64,000 bases of DNA from Hyphochytrium catenoides (Eukaryota > Protista > Hyphochytriomycota): the NCBI GenBank assembly GCA_900088475.1, contig FLMG01004215.1, positions 62,001 through 126,000 of the forward strand, in the 5' to 3' direction. How positions within the stretch are numbered: position 1 is the stretch's first letter; the number at the start of each line of letters is the position of its first letter. The notes beneath the pieces are model-generated. The model saw only the letters and a list, made by a program, of their open reading frames with translations. It was not told the origin of the DNA and did no database searches. Positions 51,614 to 64,000 of this stretch are shown here, in pieces. The position numbers were made by a program, and so were the translations under genes.

Positions 51614-51836
51614 GAGACGGAGAAACATGGGCGGAGCAGCTCTTGAGACCTCAATGTGAGCTGCCACAGGTGCCTGACTTCCTCGGCATAGCCGACGAGT
51701 AAGATCACCGGCGATGCAGGAGGGTTATGAGCGATGGTCTCCTTGAAGGGCAAGGAGCAATGAGGGAGCTCACTAATGGAACGGGGAAGGAGTGACGCAT
51801 TAACCTAGGCGATGAGAACAGCATCCCAGTTTCAAG

Positions 51837-54800
51837 ATGACAGTTGCCGAGCGCTTGAATACGTCGTTCAACCTTGATGAGGACCAGCGAAAGGTCCTGT
51901 CTCTTCCCGTTCCTGCCGTCCATCTGTCTTCTGTTTCCTTTCTCCTCTCTGTGCCTTCTCCTTCAGCTGCCATCTTTTCCTATTTTACTTTGCTCTCTTT
52001 CTGACTCTCTTTCTCTGTGTATCTCTCTCACTGTGCCTCTCTCTCGCTCTCTGTGTGTCTCTTTCTGTGTGTGTCTCTCTCTTTCTCTCTCTTCTCTTTC
52101 TCTCACTCTATCCCCCTCTTTCCTGCACACTCCCTGACCCCTACTCTGACTCCAGTCACGAAACAGCCCCACTTAATCTTTCCTGCATAGTCTATATCGG
52201 CTGCGCCTTGTTATCTCAGTGTCTCTTGCTCTTTTACATCAGCTTGGACTAAGGCTTGTCTCTCCTGTGGTCCCAGGCTGTGGAAGCTGAGGGCGCTGTG
52301 GCGGTCCTTGCAGGGCCTGGTAAGTGGGGCGCGAAATGGTGCAGGCATGATGAGTCACCTGAAAGTGGAAGAGTTGCAAGGCCTGGACCGAAATAATGGG
52401 TGGAGCTCATTAGGGCATCCCACCCTTTTCGTCAATGCCTAGTAGTTCTCTCTTGGCCTCCGTCGTCGAGGAGGGCTCCTGTTGATAACTTCAGCTTTTT
52501 TCCTTTCTCTCACTTCACTTCTTATACTATGAGGTTCTTGAGCTCTTGTGAGGCTAATAGACGGACGTCACGTCATGATGTAGGCAGTGGCAAAACTCAA
52601 GTCATCGCTTCAAGAATTCTGAGGCTCATCGAGGAGCATAATGTCCCACCGCAGAGGATCTGTGCGCTAACCTTTACAAACAAGGCCGCAAGGGAGATGA
52701 AGGAGCGAGTGCAGCGCCTAGCAAAGCAGGACCAAGGAAAAGCAAGCACCGCCGATGGGGTGTTGGTGTGCACCCTTCACTCTTTGTCAGCAAAAATATT
52801 GAGAACGGATGGCCATGTCATAGGTAGTCAACACAATTCGATTCTCCTTTGAATATTTCACTCGCTCAGTCTATCTCTCTTTCATCTCCTTCACTCACTT
52901 ACTTTTTCCTTTCGTTGCATTTTTCCTGTTTAGCAGTCCACGTAGATCACTCTTGCTTTTCTGACTCTTACTAGCGTTCTCCTTCGATTCTGGTCCTTGT
53001 TCTCTATCTCTACCAAGGAGACCTGTTGGTGGCTCCTTCGTTGCCCCGAACTCTATCGGCCGTCTAAATAATAATCAGCCCATCTCATTGCTGTCGTTAC
53101 CCTTGTGCGCTATGCTTCATACTTAGCAATTCAAGCTCACTTTCACCTGATGGTCCCGCTTCCTCCCTCCATATTTGCTCTCTTTCCCTCAGGTGTTGAC
53201 CCAAAGTTTACTATATGTGACTCTTCAGAGCAGAAGAAACTGGTACAAACTCTCCTGAAGGAGGGAACAGGAGCTCAAGGGGATGAACCCCATGGTCCGG
53301 TGAGAGATAGACTGGTTGGGTAACTTAGGACAGTCTTTCTTATCCCGAGTCTCTCCTGCTTTCTCGTGCTTATCTCACGCTCTTTAGTCTGCCTTGCGAT
53401 TGTCGGAAGCACGCTACCACTGAACCGTACTTCGTCTCTACGTGGCACTCTCATTTCCAGGATGAGACTGTTAGAATAGAGGAGGTATTGGAGGCAATAG
53501 CGAAAGCGAAGAACCAGCTGTTGACTAGAGAGGAATGGTATCAAAAGAGCTCTAAAACAGCATCTGATAAGACCACCTTTAAAGGTGAGGAGCGGAAGAA
53601 CAGGACTTCTAGCCATCCCATGTGCTATGTGATGAAGACACCTTTTGTGCTACTTTCTACTGGAGTGCCTTCACGCTCAATCCCTACTTCTCTGTTTTAC
53701 TTGAGAATTATCCGTTATATCTTCTTGCCCTAAGTATTGCCTGTTCTCGGCTCTGGGCTTGGCTCTTCGCCACATCCCACCGGTCACGGTTGGGTGCTTC
53801 AATCTTCGTAACTCATTCGAGGTCGTTTCTCTCTCTCTCTCTGGGAGTCTCTACCTTCCGTATTCTTGGCACTGGAACTCCCAAATCTCATGTAGCTTAA
53901 TCTCCACGTCTCCTCTCAACCCGCAGTTTGGGCAGAGTACGAGGTCTCCCTAAAGAAGAGCAATTGCCTGGACTTTACTGATCTACTGGTTCTCACCAAG
54001 CGGCTCCTGGAGCGCTCCGATGTGGTTCGAATGAAATATTCGCAGCGATTTCAGCACGTTCTTGTTGACGAGTTCCAGGATTTAAGTGTCCTTCAGTATC
54101 TGTTAGCGTCTCTTCTCTCTTCTTATCACCGGGCCCTCACAGTTGTCGGAGACCCCGATCAGTGCATCTATTCCTGGAGGTACGCAGCGAAGGAGATCTG
54201 GCAGATGTTCAAAAGGGATTTCCCAAACGCAAAGGTAAGGTTGAGACTAACCTAAGGCCCCTAATGCCTGTGATGTGATAGAACGATAATAAGCTGAGCG
54301 CCTGAGTATCATCTAGGCCGTATGTTATCCACCGATGGAGTCTCTATTCTAACACGCGTCTTTCTGCTCTCGCCATTCTGTTCACATTACCTGCAAAAGA
54401 TGATCCCTCTGGAAAAGAACTATCGAAGTTCTCCCTCAATAGTTCACTGCGCCTTGAAGGTGATTAGTGAAAGTAAAGGAAGGATCAAAAAAGGAATGTG
54501 GACTCATAATCCAGAGGGACCGCCAGTTATAATTCAAGAAGTACAGTCTCCAGAGAGCGAAGCCAGGTACCTGTGTTCGCTCTCGCACTAAATATCTGGG
54601 GACCAAGCGCCGTAGAAGGCCGCATTTTCTGCCTGACCCTCGTGTCTCTTCCCTGACAAGCACTACTCAATCTTATGGTTCGGTTTTGTTTATCGGGTAG
54701 AAGACCTCCTTTTCTTATTTCAGCTACCTCCTTCCACCATGCCGTACGACTAGTGATTTCGTTTACGATCCCTTACTCTTCTTTGTTTCATTGCCATTCT

Positions 54801-57800
54801 TCGGGATTCTCGTGTGGTGCGGCTGATACCTTCCCCAAGATATGCAACGAGCCACATCCAGCGATCTCTGTCAGACTCTAGTTCGCAGAGCTCTGCTATC
54901 AAGACCATTGGGATTCTTCTTAGATCCTCCTCTATGGCCAAGACCTTTGAACATGGCCTTCTTTCGGCAGGGGTCAAGTACACGGTGGTTGGGGGAGCAG
55001 GCATTCTGGACCGCAAGGAGGTTAGGTGCTCGTAACTCTTCATTAATACTTAACTGTGACTATGGCCAGGCGCACGAATAGGTGACGGCGTGACAGTTCT
55101 CTTCTGTTAGCAGCTGCTTTTCTGTCACACCCTATCTTACCTGCTCTTTTGCTGGTCAATGTGCTCTCCGTACTTTCCAGGTCAAGACTTTACTCTGCTA
55201 CTTGCGCCTGGCGCTGAATCACTCTGATGACTTAGCACTGAGTCAAGTGATCAATACCCCACGTCGAGGGCTAGGGGAAAAGACCCAGGAAGAGATTCGG
55301 AGCAAGGCTCGGGAGAACGGCATTTCGCAGCACGAAGCTTGTGTAAGGGTTGTCCAGGGTCGGCTGACGCTTAGTGGAGTGAAAGGTGAGTCTGGCTCCT
55401 ACGAACCTGCCTATCCCTAGCGTTCACCCTGCCCTTGGCTTAACCATCTGACGGTCAGTGGGTCATGTGGAGTGTGGTGTGAAAGAGCCTGTAAATAGAT
55501 TCTGCAGGAGTCTAAGCCGAGAGTGAAAACAGACTAGCGAGAGAGCGGAACCTCATTACACCCCTTGCACTTGACTGCGTGACTCTATTGGACAGGAGGT
55601 CACAACCGTCTGCAGCAGCTGCAACAGTTTCTGGAAGTCTTAGACGGGGTCGAGAAGCGAATCTGCTCCGGCGCACCCTTGATTGGCAGCATCGAGTATT
55701 TGATGGAAGCAATACAGTTTGAGGTAGGGCCAGTATTGTAGACGACACTAATGATGATGTGAACACCTCAAAAGAAGGGATGACGGTTCAGATCTCCGAT
55801 CTAGCCCTGTACCGTCGACCCCTTCCTGGCTCAATTCTCGCTTCTCGCTCTGTCTCCCTTGATTATTCTTCTTCACCCTAAGACCTACGAGAGCAATCCT
55901 ACTCACAGTATGCGTGGAATGGGTGCACATCTATTTGAAGCTCTGACAAGGGTCGCCGTTTGCTCTTAGGAATTTGTGAGGGGAAGCTCTCCGTTAAGTC
56001 CTACACAGACAGACGACATGGAGACCTGTAAGGCTTGGGAGAGTATTGAAGCTCTGCTACAGCTTGTCCGCTCCTTCACTTCAGGTAGCAGTTCTTCATC
56101 CAACTTCTTCAAGCCTGAACCTAGCTGACATGCCTCCTTCCATCTTTCTTCAACCTTCGCTGCTCAAACTTGCGAAGAGACGGATGATGGCCATGCGAAG
56201 CTCTCTTGCCTGTTGGAAGCACTAGCTCTCGGAGCAGTAGCGGACGATGAGACGGTGGGTGGCCTGTCTCTACTCGGCTTCTTAGTACCAAATTCTTGCG
56301 GTTGGGCAGGGTCAACAGCGGTGGTGGCAATCTTTGGAGCTTGATTCCCCTTCCTTTGCCATTGCCTCTCTCAAAGTTTGTGCCTGCTAATACGTCATGT
56401 GTTTTTTCCAGCCCACCTCCTCAAAAAAAGCGCAAGGAGCTGCTGAGGAAGAACCATTGTCACTCTCGCTGTCTCCGTCTCTTGCCCTTCCGGTGAAGGT
56501 AGACATTTCAACCATCCATGCCGCCAAAGGCAGAGAGTGGGATTTGGTCTTCGTAGCTGGAGTTGAAGAGGGCATCATTCCTCACAGAAAGTCTATGGAG
56601 GAAGGAGGAGAGGAACAATGGGAAGAGGAAAGACGATTACTTTATGTTGCCATGACAAGGTACCTGACTCTTCTCACCGTTCTGTTCGCACCGCGTACCA
56701 AGTGATGTAATGGCTCAGACATCTTCGCCCATATCGTCCTCCGGTCGCCTTCTCCCATATCCTCCTCCTGGCATGATACGTTCTTTGCTTTCATCGTTGT
56801 CATTGTGATATTCAGGCTTTTAATGTTGGTCTGGAGCTGCCGCTACGTCCTCACGTTTGTTGTATGCTCCTTCTGTCTGTTTGCAGGGCCAGAAAGGAAC
56901 TCCACCTCCTTCGTAGCATCTATCGACAGTCCTCATACGGTTCTGTAAACGGATCCGGACGGACAGTTTGGTCTCGATTTCTGTCTTGCTTGTACTTCGG
57001 GCAGAACAGAATAGCAGGTAAGCCATCCCTATTCTTGGGCAGTCCAAGGCTCGTGCTGGTTTTAAGAATGGCTCACCCTTTCGTGTCCCTAGAACAAGAT
57101 GTCTCTTCTGTGAAATGGAGGGAAATCGATTGGAATGAAGCAAAAGAAGGGTCCGGAGGAAAAGAGCCGGCAGCAAGATCTAGTAAGAAGCACCACCCTC
57201 TGAGGGGAGAGTCACAGCGACCAGCCAATGTAAGCGAACATTTTTACCACGAAAGGACATGGTCAATGCTGGAGTACCGCGACCTGCCTTATTTACGCCT
57301 CTTCTTAGCTCTCCTGCCAGTTCGCTACCGCAAAGACAGCCATGAGCTTCTCTACCGCTGATCCTTCACGCGCTAGTAACGAAGAGGTGGAGCACCCTAC
57401 AAAGAAGCGGAGGGGACATGTTACCAAGCTAACAGTAGCAGAACGACAATCAGCTGTCACTAGAGGCAAACAAGAAGGAATAGAGAACAGCCACACCTCA
57501 CGCTCTTCCAAGCTCTTGTCACTCAACACCGCGAAGAAAGAGCGAAGGGGTCCAAGCTTAGATGGATGGCTGGTGTGCAGGAACGCTACGAAAACAATAG
57601 ATGAAAACATAGGCGAAGCATTCACCTCATCTCCTGCAAAGGGGCAGGAAAAGGTGACAACGGGGAACGAGGACCAACGTGAGATCAAAACAACTGAGGA
57701 AGTGCTGAGACGAACCCGAACCCAATTCATCGCGACCCGAGATACTGAACGGGCGTATTCAAAGCCACTGAACGGTAAGCAGGGCCAGAAGAAGCGTCTA

Positions 57801-57899
57801 CTGGGCTCAAGGTTGTGCCTTAGCAAGGAAAACAGGCCGCATTTGGGTGCCTTCAAGCTCCCACGACTTCAGAAGAACACTGAGAAGACTATTGGTTAA
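51837..57899 (+). CDS. SF1 UvrD/PcrA/Srs2-like ATP-dependent DNA helicase with a low-complexity C-terminal tail
   Basis: LDEDQ (Q motif), VLAGPG|SGKT, ALTFTNKAAREMKER, VLVDEFQD, VVGDPDQCIYSWR, LEKNYRS, INTPRRGLG, STIHAAKGREW, EERRLLYVAMTR|AR. Confidence 0.93.
51990..52120. repeat. Degenerate CT/GT-rich microsatellite in the first intron of the helicase
   Basis: ctctctc and tgtgtgt runs. Confidence 0.8.
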
Positions 57900-58844
57900 G
57901 ATCAGTGACAAGAGAAGAGATACTCTCTTCTTGAGTGTTGGCCCTCGGATTTACGGTGGCTGGATGGACTACCGAGCCTATGGTTAAAGTGACTTCGTTG
58001 GCCTACGTCGTCGGTGGAAGTGGTCGTATACAAGCACTAATTCTGACTGCAAGGAAAGGATAGGCCCTCGCCATTGCTAATTCTAGAAGTCTGGCAGTCC
58101 AAGGTGCGGGTGCCAAGGCACAAATTGAGTCTTCCAGGATATGTATGCTACGAGGCAGGAGGGAGCTCACGGAAGATGGCAGGCGCACGGCCTTATGGTC
58201 AACTTGTGCTTAGAACTAGCCATCTAAACCAGCTGAAGTCCCTCTTTTCTTTAACGAAATTCTTCTTGCCTCTGGTTGATTAGCTTTCGTGGTAGCATGA
58301 TCAACCTTTGGACCATCAAGTTTGCAATGTAAGGCTTTTCTTTATTGAACGTGGAGTTAGTGAATTTGGGACTCGTTGCTTGTGCAAGGGTGTAATGTCT
58401 AGCCGTGCCCACTGGCTCCCCCCAGACATATAAAGTCTGTGGCTTTGATTTCCTTATCGCGGCCCTTATTTTCGTTCGTGACTTATCGTGGTCGAGTGCT
58501 CTTAAGCTTATGCCAAGAGATGCATGAGAAGGAATATCGGGATCTGTTGCCTCGGATGTCATAAGTTGGGCATTTCGCCGCCCACGTTTCCAGGCTGTGG
58601 TCTAAAGCCTGGTAGCCACCCAATAAAGAACTGTAGAACATCAGAATGGATTTTATCGTTAGTATGTTCCTATTGCCTGTCTTTGATTGTCTCCAACGAA
58701 GCGTCGAAACCGACTTCGTCACCTTCGAAAGGGCAGCGAACCTGACAAGTGCTCCTTCCAATATATACTATGCTAAACTCAGTGCACTGCACAAGTCAGA
58801 GAGAGCGATGCCGATGGGTCACTATGCGCACTATTGCCTCTGGC

Positions 58845-61327
58845 TTACTTGCAGAGGATCCGCTGGATGGATAGCATGGCATCATTAGGAATATGCACAT
58901 TTTGCTTCTTCATCACCTGAAATAGACCCATCATTGGGACAAGACTTCGATCCTTTACGAAGGCGCGGACTGCAAGACTAAAGTCGTCATATCGCACCCT
59001 CCCTTGCTGTCCAGGCGCAGACAATAGGTCCAAGAGGACGCCAAGGTCATTTCTTACAGCAGCTTCTTTAATGATGCGTTGCAGGAGAGACGGTTGGGTT
59101 GGCCTTCTGCTCCCCTCAAGGGACGAGGCTCGTGGTCCAGAAGGAACAAGACTCTTTGTAGATGCTCTAATTTTCTCCAGTAGCATTTGACGAGCTTCCG
59201 GGTTACCGCTGACAAGAACCTTGTAGGCTGTGGTGGACCTAATTTCCATGCCAGACTTCAAGAGGCGTGACAGCAATCTGATAAGGGCGTCAGACGCGCC
59301 CTTGTCCGTGTTGTCTTCGGCCAAGGAGCCTACCAGATCATTTATGATACGTCCATAGGCTGCGGAGAGGTAGGGCCGCTTGCTGGCGCCCTCCAGCAGA
59401 ACTAGCAGCCGCCCAAGCTTGTCCCACTGCCTACTTTTGAGAAAGCGATTACAGAGCTTCAATAACTCCATTTCAGACCCTTGTACATGGCGTTTCTCTT
59501 CCTTAGCATGGACGATAAACCTTGTGAGTGCAAACTCCTGCAGCTCTGGCTGCACTCCTGCGGCTACACGTGCCAAGAGAAAGTAGCTCAGAGCATCCGG
59601 ACCCGAAGTCCTCATCATGACGTCAGCCATTCTTTCTGCGGCTAAATAGCGCTTTCGACGTTGTTCCTTCGCACTCAGTTCCGCGCTTTTGTAGTACTTG
59701 AGCAGTCCCGAGAGAGCTCCGCTGAAAACAAACCCGTCCAGCTTGTTATGATCTCGTTCTGCTTCTATTAACCTGACGATGGCCGCTGCATCTCCTAAGC
59801 GACCGTGAACCCATGCTACCTCGGCTAGCAGGACCAGATCCAGGGTCATGATGCCATTATGCTTCAGGTCTTGCGTGACCGTAAGGCAGCTTTGGAAGTC
59901 ATCTTTTGCCTTAAGGTGTTTCATGAGACGTCCAGCTATACGGTAGATGAAGCGTTTCGGCATCTGCAAGAGTATGCAAGTCACATAACATCAGAAGAGC
60001 GGTAGATCAGACACAGCATTCAAACCGTTACAAAGCGGACTCCCAAGAGGGATGTCTTACCGCCTCATCCGTCAATACTTCGTGCAATAGAGCTTTGGCC
60101 TCTGTGGTGCAGCCTTGTTCAATGTATTGGGTCATCAGTAACTCTTGAATGTAGCCATGCTTACGCACATCCAACTCTTTCATTAGCTCAACCACGGTAA
60201 GAAGCTTCTTAAACTGTTTCGTCTTCGCATAGACCTACCATTACGGGAAGGGAAACGAATTCGTGAAAGTGTGATTAGAGTAGCTGGGATGATGATGCGG
60301 GGCCGATAGCAGTAGACTTGAAAGGGAAGGATACCTCTAACATCTGCGCGAAGCCCTCAGAAGAGGGTTGCAGAGCAAACTCTGTCCCCGTACTGGCGCG
60401 CTTGAGCAGGTGCAGGAAAGTGAGCTGTGTGAGAAGCCGGTGGCGAGCCGCCTCAGCGAGCTTCGAGTCCATCTTAGAGGGATGCAGTGCGGCCGTTGCC
60501 CCTGCAATCCAGTCTTCCACTACAGAGATGCCCCTGCTTTGACAAGCAGTGGTAGGGCGATTCGCTGATTCCATTGGCGTAGCCAACACCTTTGCAGTCC
60601 CGTCCGCGAAAGCCTCAAGCATAACGTTTTTAGCTGGATGGGTCCTGAAGGCTTGCAGGACGTCCAGGACGCTCGTAGAACGACCCTTCTGGCGATTGAC
60701 GGTATCCATCATTGCAGAGAAAACAAGCTCCACGAAATGGGGGTCATGAGCCTTATAGAAGCGCATGACGAGCTCACACACCACAACAGGTAACTTAAAG
60801 TCTGTGTCATCTGCAAGCTCCTCCAGAGCTGAAAGCAAGGCAGTCTCATCTCCTGCTGCAACCGGCTTATATATATTGGTAAACGTCGTATCCTGAGCCT
60901 AAGCAATAGCGACGGTTCAGTCCCTCAGGTGTCGTAGCCAGGCCTAATGATAGCTAGCGCTCAACGGTGGAAAAGCTCTTGCTCTTACCTGTGATGGGGC
61001 GCTCTTTACTGCCTGATAAATGCTCATGCGGCTTTTATAGGTAGGGTATGTGCGCCTCCCAGCAGAGCGCTTGAGCTGTGAGCGCACAGAAGCAGCGGTG
61101 AGCCGCAGCGTTGGCCTCCCATCCTGCTTTAGAGCTTGAGGCTGTGATGCTATCCGCTGTGTTGACAGGAGAGCAATGAACCCCTTCAATTCCGCGCACA
61201 CTGGGGAAGACACATCGGCGAAGAGGACCGGCAAGATAAAACTATTTCTCCGCTCCCGAGCAAGCCTTTTAAGAAGCATTCGGTTACCAGGCCCCATAGT
61301 GCCTTCTGAACGCAGCTTTCTTAACAT
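58845..61327 (-). CDS. Large alpha-helical repeat protein, PPR-like; 3' end unresolved and may extend to about 58250
   Basis: Exonic ORFs of 129, 187 and 379 aa, joined by GT-AG introns. Helix-turn-helix motifs include YAKTKQFKKLLTVVELMKELDV, LLMTQYIEQGCTTEAKALLHEV and DFSLAVRAFVKDRSLVPMMGLFQVMKKQNV. Confidence 0.6.
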
Positions 61328-62083
61328 CCACACCTCATCGTGACGTCCCGTGTATTCTCTATAGCATCATCTATCAACTCGGCCCTTGTTCGAAGGCCCT
61401 TGCTGGTGCGTGAGTGCGGATAACATTGACATAGTCCGCCTTATGCTGCCATCCGCGGCTTACCCATGACCAAATGATTAGACCTCAGGGACATGACTGA
61501 CGGCCTAGGAGGAGCGAGTGCCCAGCCGAGCAGCGATCGAGCGATCGAGCCGTTGTCATCAGAACTGCGAGGTCTTCCGTGAAGATCAATGGCAGATAGT
61601 TTTCTGGAGACTGCTCAACTGGTCTCGACACCTTCTCCCTCGTGCTACTTCCCTTGAGTTTCATTCCCAGTTTAGTCGCCCATCAGGATGTTTGAAGGTC
61701 TTTTTACATCAGTAAGGCGATTGATAGGTTTCTCAGTCCAGTCACTGATCCTAAGATAGTCGCACTAGGGCTTGGTTCAGAATAGCTGGTAACGTTCGGA
61801 TGCTCACCCATCAAAAGCTCTTGTCCTGCTCGACATGACATGTGATCTGAGCTGTGGGATGTGCGACATCATGATGGACTTCTGAGACAGTCGTGCAGAT
61901 GGGGATGGCGACTGCAGCTCAGAAGATGCGCACCAAGAGCGATAACCTCAGGGAGTTCAGCAGTCTCACTCTGAAATATACTTCGTTAGATCCGTAAGCG
62001 CTCCACTCTGACTTGTTGTTGCGGTGAATTTAACTCTAAGTCCGCGCGTTGGGTTAAGCCTCGGCGTTTGACGCACCTTTATC

Positions 62084-62778
62084 ATGGATTGCCCCGATCC
62101 TGCTTGCAATGACAAAGTGGAGATGTTTAAGAGGTTTAATATTCCGGTGCCATCTAAGAGACTGTCTGGAAAAGCAGGTAGGGTGGTTATGCACAAGCAC
62201 GGAAGGAGCTGATAAGGTTACATCGCTGAGCTTGATGTGTGACAGAGAAAAAGGCAAACAAGAGGCTGGACTGCCCACCAACCAGGGGGGAGATTGGGGA
62301 GGCTGGCTGGAAGCTGGTGAGTGCCTTACACATCGTGCTGTCAAGTAGCTGTCTAACTGGAAAACGGAACAGCTCCATACCATGGCCGCCTACTATCCGG
62401 ACAAACCTAGTCGCGACGATGAAGTGCAAATGCGGCAATTTATAAATGGCTTCGCAAAGTTCTACCCTTGCAACCACTGTGCCGAGGACTTTCAACAAGA
62501 AATTAAGAACAATCCACCACAGTAAGTCTAACTCTTGACGTACACATTGGTATCTATAAGCGTGATAAGCAACCTGACCCTGTACTTCCTCTAGGACTGA
62601 GTCTCGAAAGTCCCTGTCGCTGTGGATGTGTGAACAACACAATGAAGTAAATAGAAAGATAGGGAAGAAACCGGTCAAATGCGTCTTTGAAGAGCTTCAA
62701 GCTCGATGGCGGACTGGTAGACCTGAGTGCTGGAATATTGCTGACGATGATGAGCCTCTAGACACCGGTGACGATTAG
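62084..62778 (+). CDS. ERV1: Erv1/ALR FAD-linked sulfhydryl oxidase (4 exons)
   Basis: DCPPTRGEIGEAGWKL|LHTMAAYYP, redox motif FYPCNHCAEDF, LSLWMCEQHNEVNRKIGK, RWRTG. Confidence 0.95.
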
Positions 62779-62909
62779 CAACTAGAGCAAGGGCAAGGAT
62801 GGCCGTGTCATCCTTAGCAGCTATATAAATATTAGTTCGTTTTATAGTTGTCTTCTTTCAATTCAACTTTTCTTGAGGGCCTCGGTCAGTCTGCTTTCAA
62901 GGCTGACCT

Positions 62910-63877
<968 letters not shown>

Positions 63878-64000
63878 CTACAATAAGGCTGAGCAAACCC
63901 AACCTCGAAATGACCTCAATTGACCTCCGAAACTTCGACTATCAACCTCTAATGCCGAAGTCAAACAGCTAAAATTGCAGTTCCTGTCGACAAGCGGCGT

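Noticed and set aside
57305-57856. 183-aa minus-strand ORF
   Set aside because: It is the antisense shadow of the helicase terminal exon.

Overview
Eukaryotic nuclear DNA, roughly balanced GC, from a compact, intron-rich genome with short GT-AG introns and CTAAC/CTGAC-type branch points. It is most likely a stramenopile, inferred from the ARL1 and Erv1 sequence features. The ORF track is fragmented because nearly every gene is spliced, so gene models were rebuilt by hand from splice sites and recognisable protein motifs; boundaries are approximate. About 20 genes are present: a partial unknown gene at the left edge, RRP42, TAF2, a mitochondrial cold-shock protein, an intronless orphan, UTP13/TBL3, an uncharacterised type-I membrane protein with four PFU-like repeats, a FabG/HSD17B8-type reductase, farnesyltransferase beta (interrupted by an N gap), a minimal STN1-like protein, NOSIP, RUVBL1, a channel-type CLC, an F-box/LRR protein, phosphatidylserine decarboxylase, syntaxin-18, a UvrD/Srs2-like helicase, a PPR-like protein, Erv1/ALR and ARL1. 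I saw no rRNA, tRNA, CRISPR array or intact mobile element. Nothing here can be supported as a new multi-gene system. The best leads are the PFU-like repeat membrane protein, the CLC with an animal-channel signature, the hybrid Erv1 shuttle motif, the intronless orphan and several unexplained intergenic blocks.
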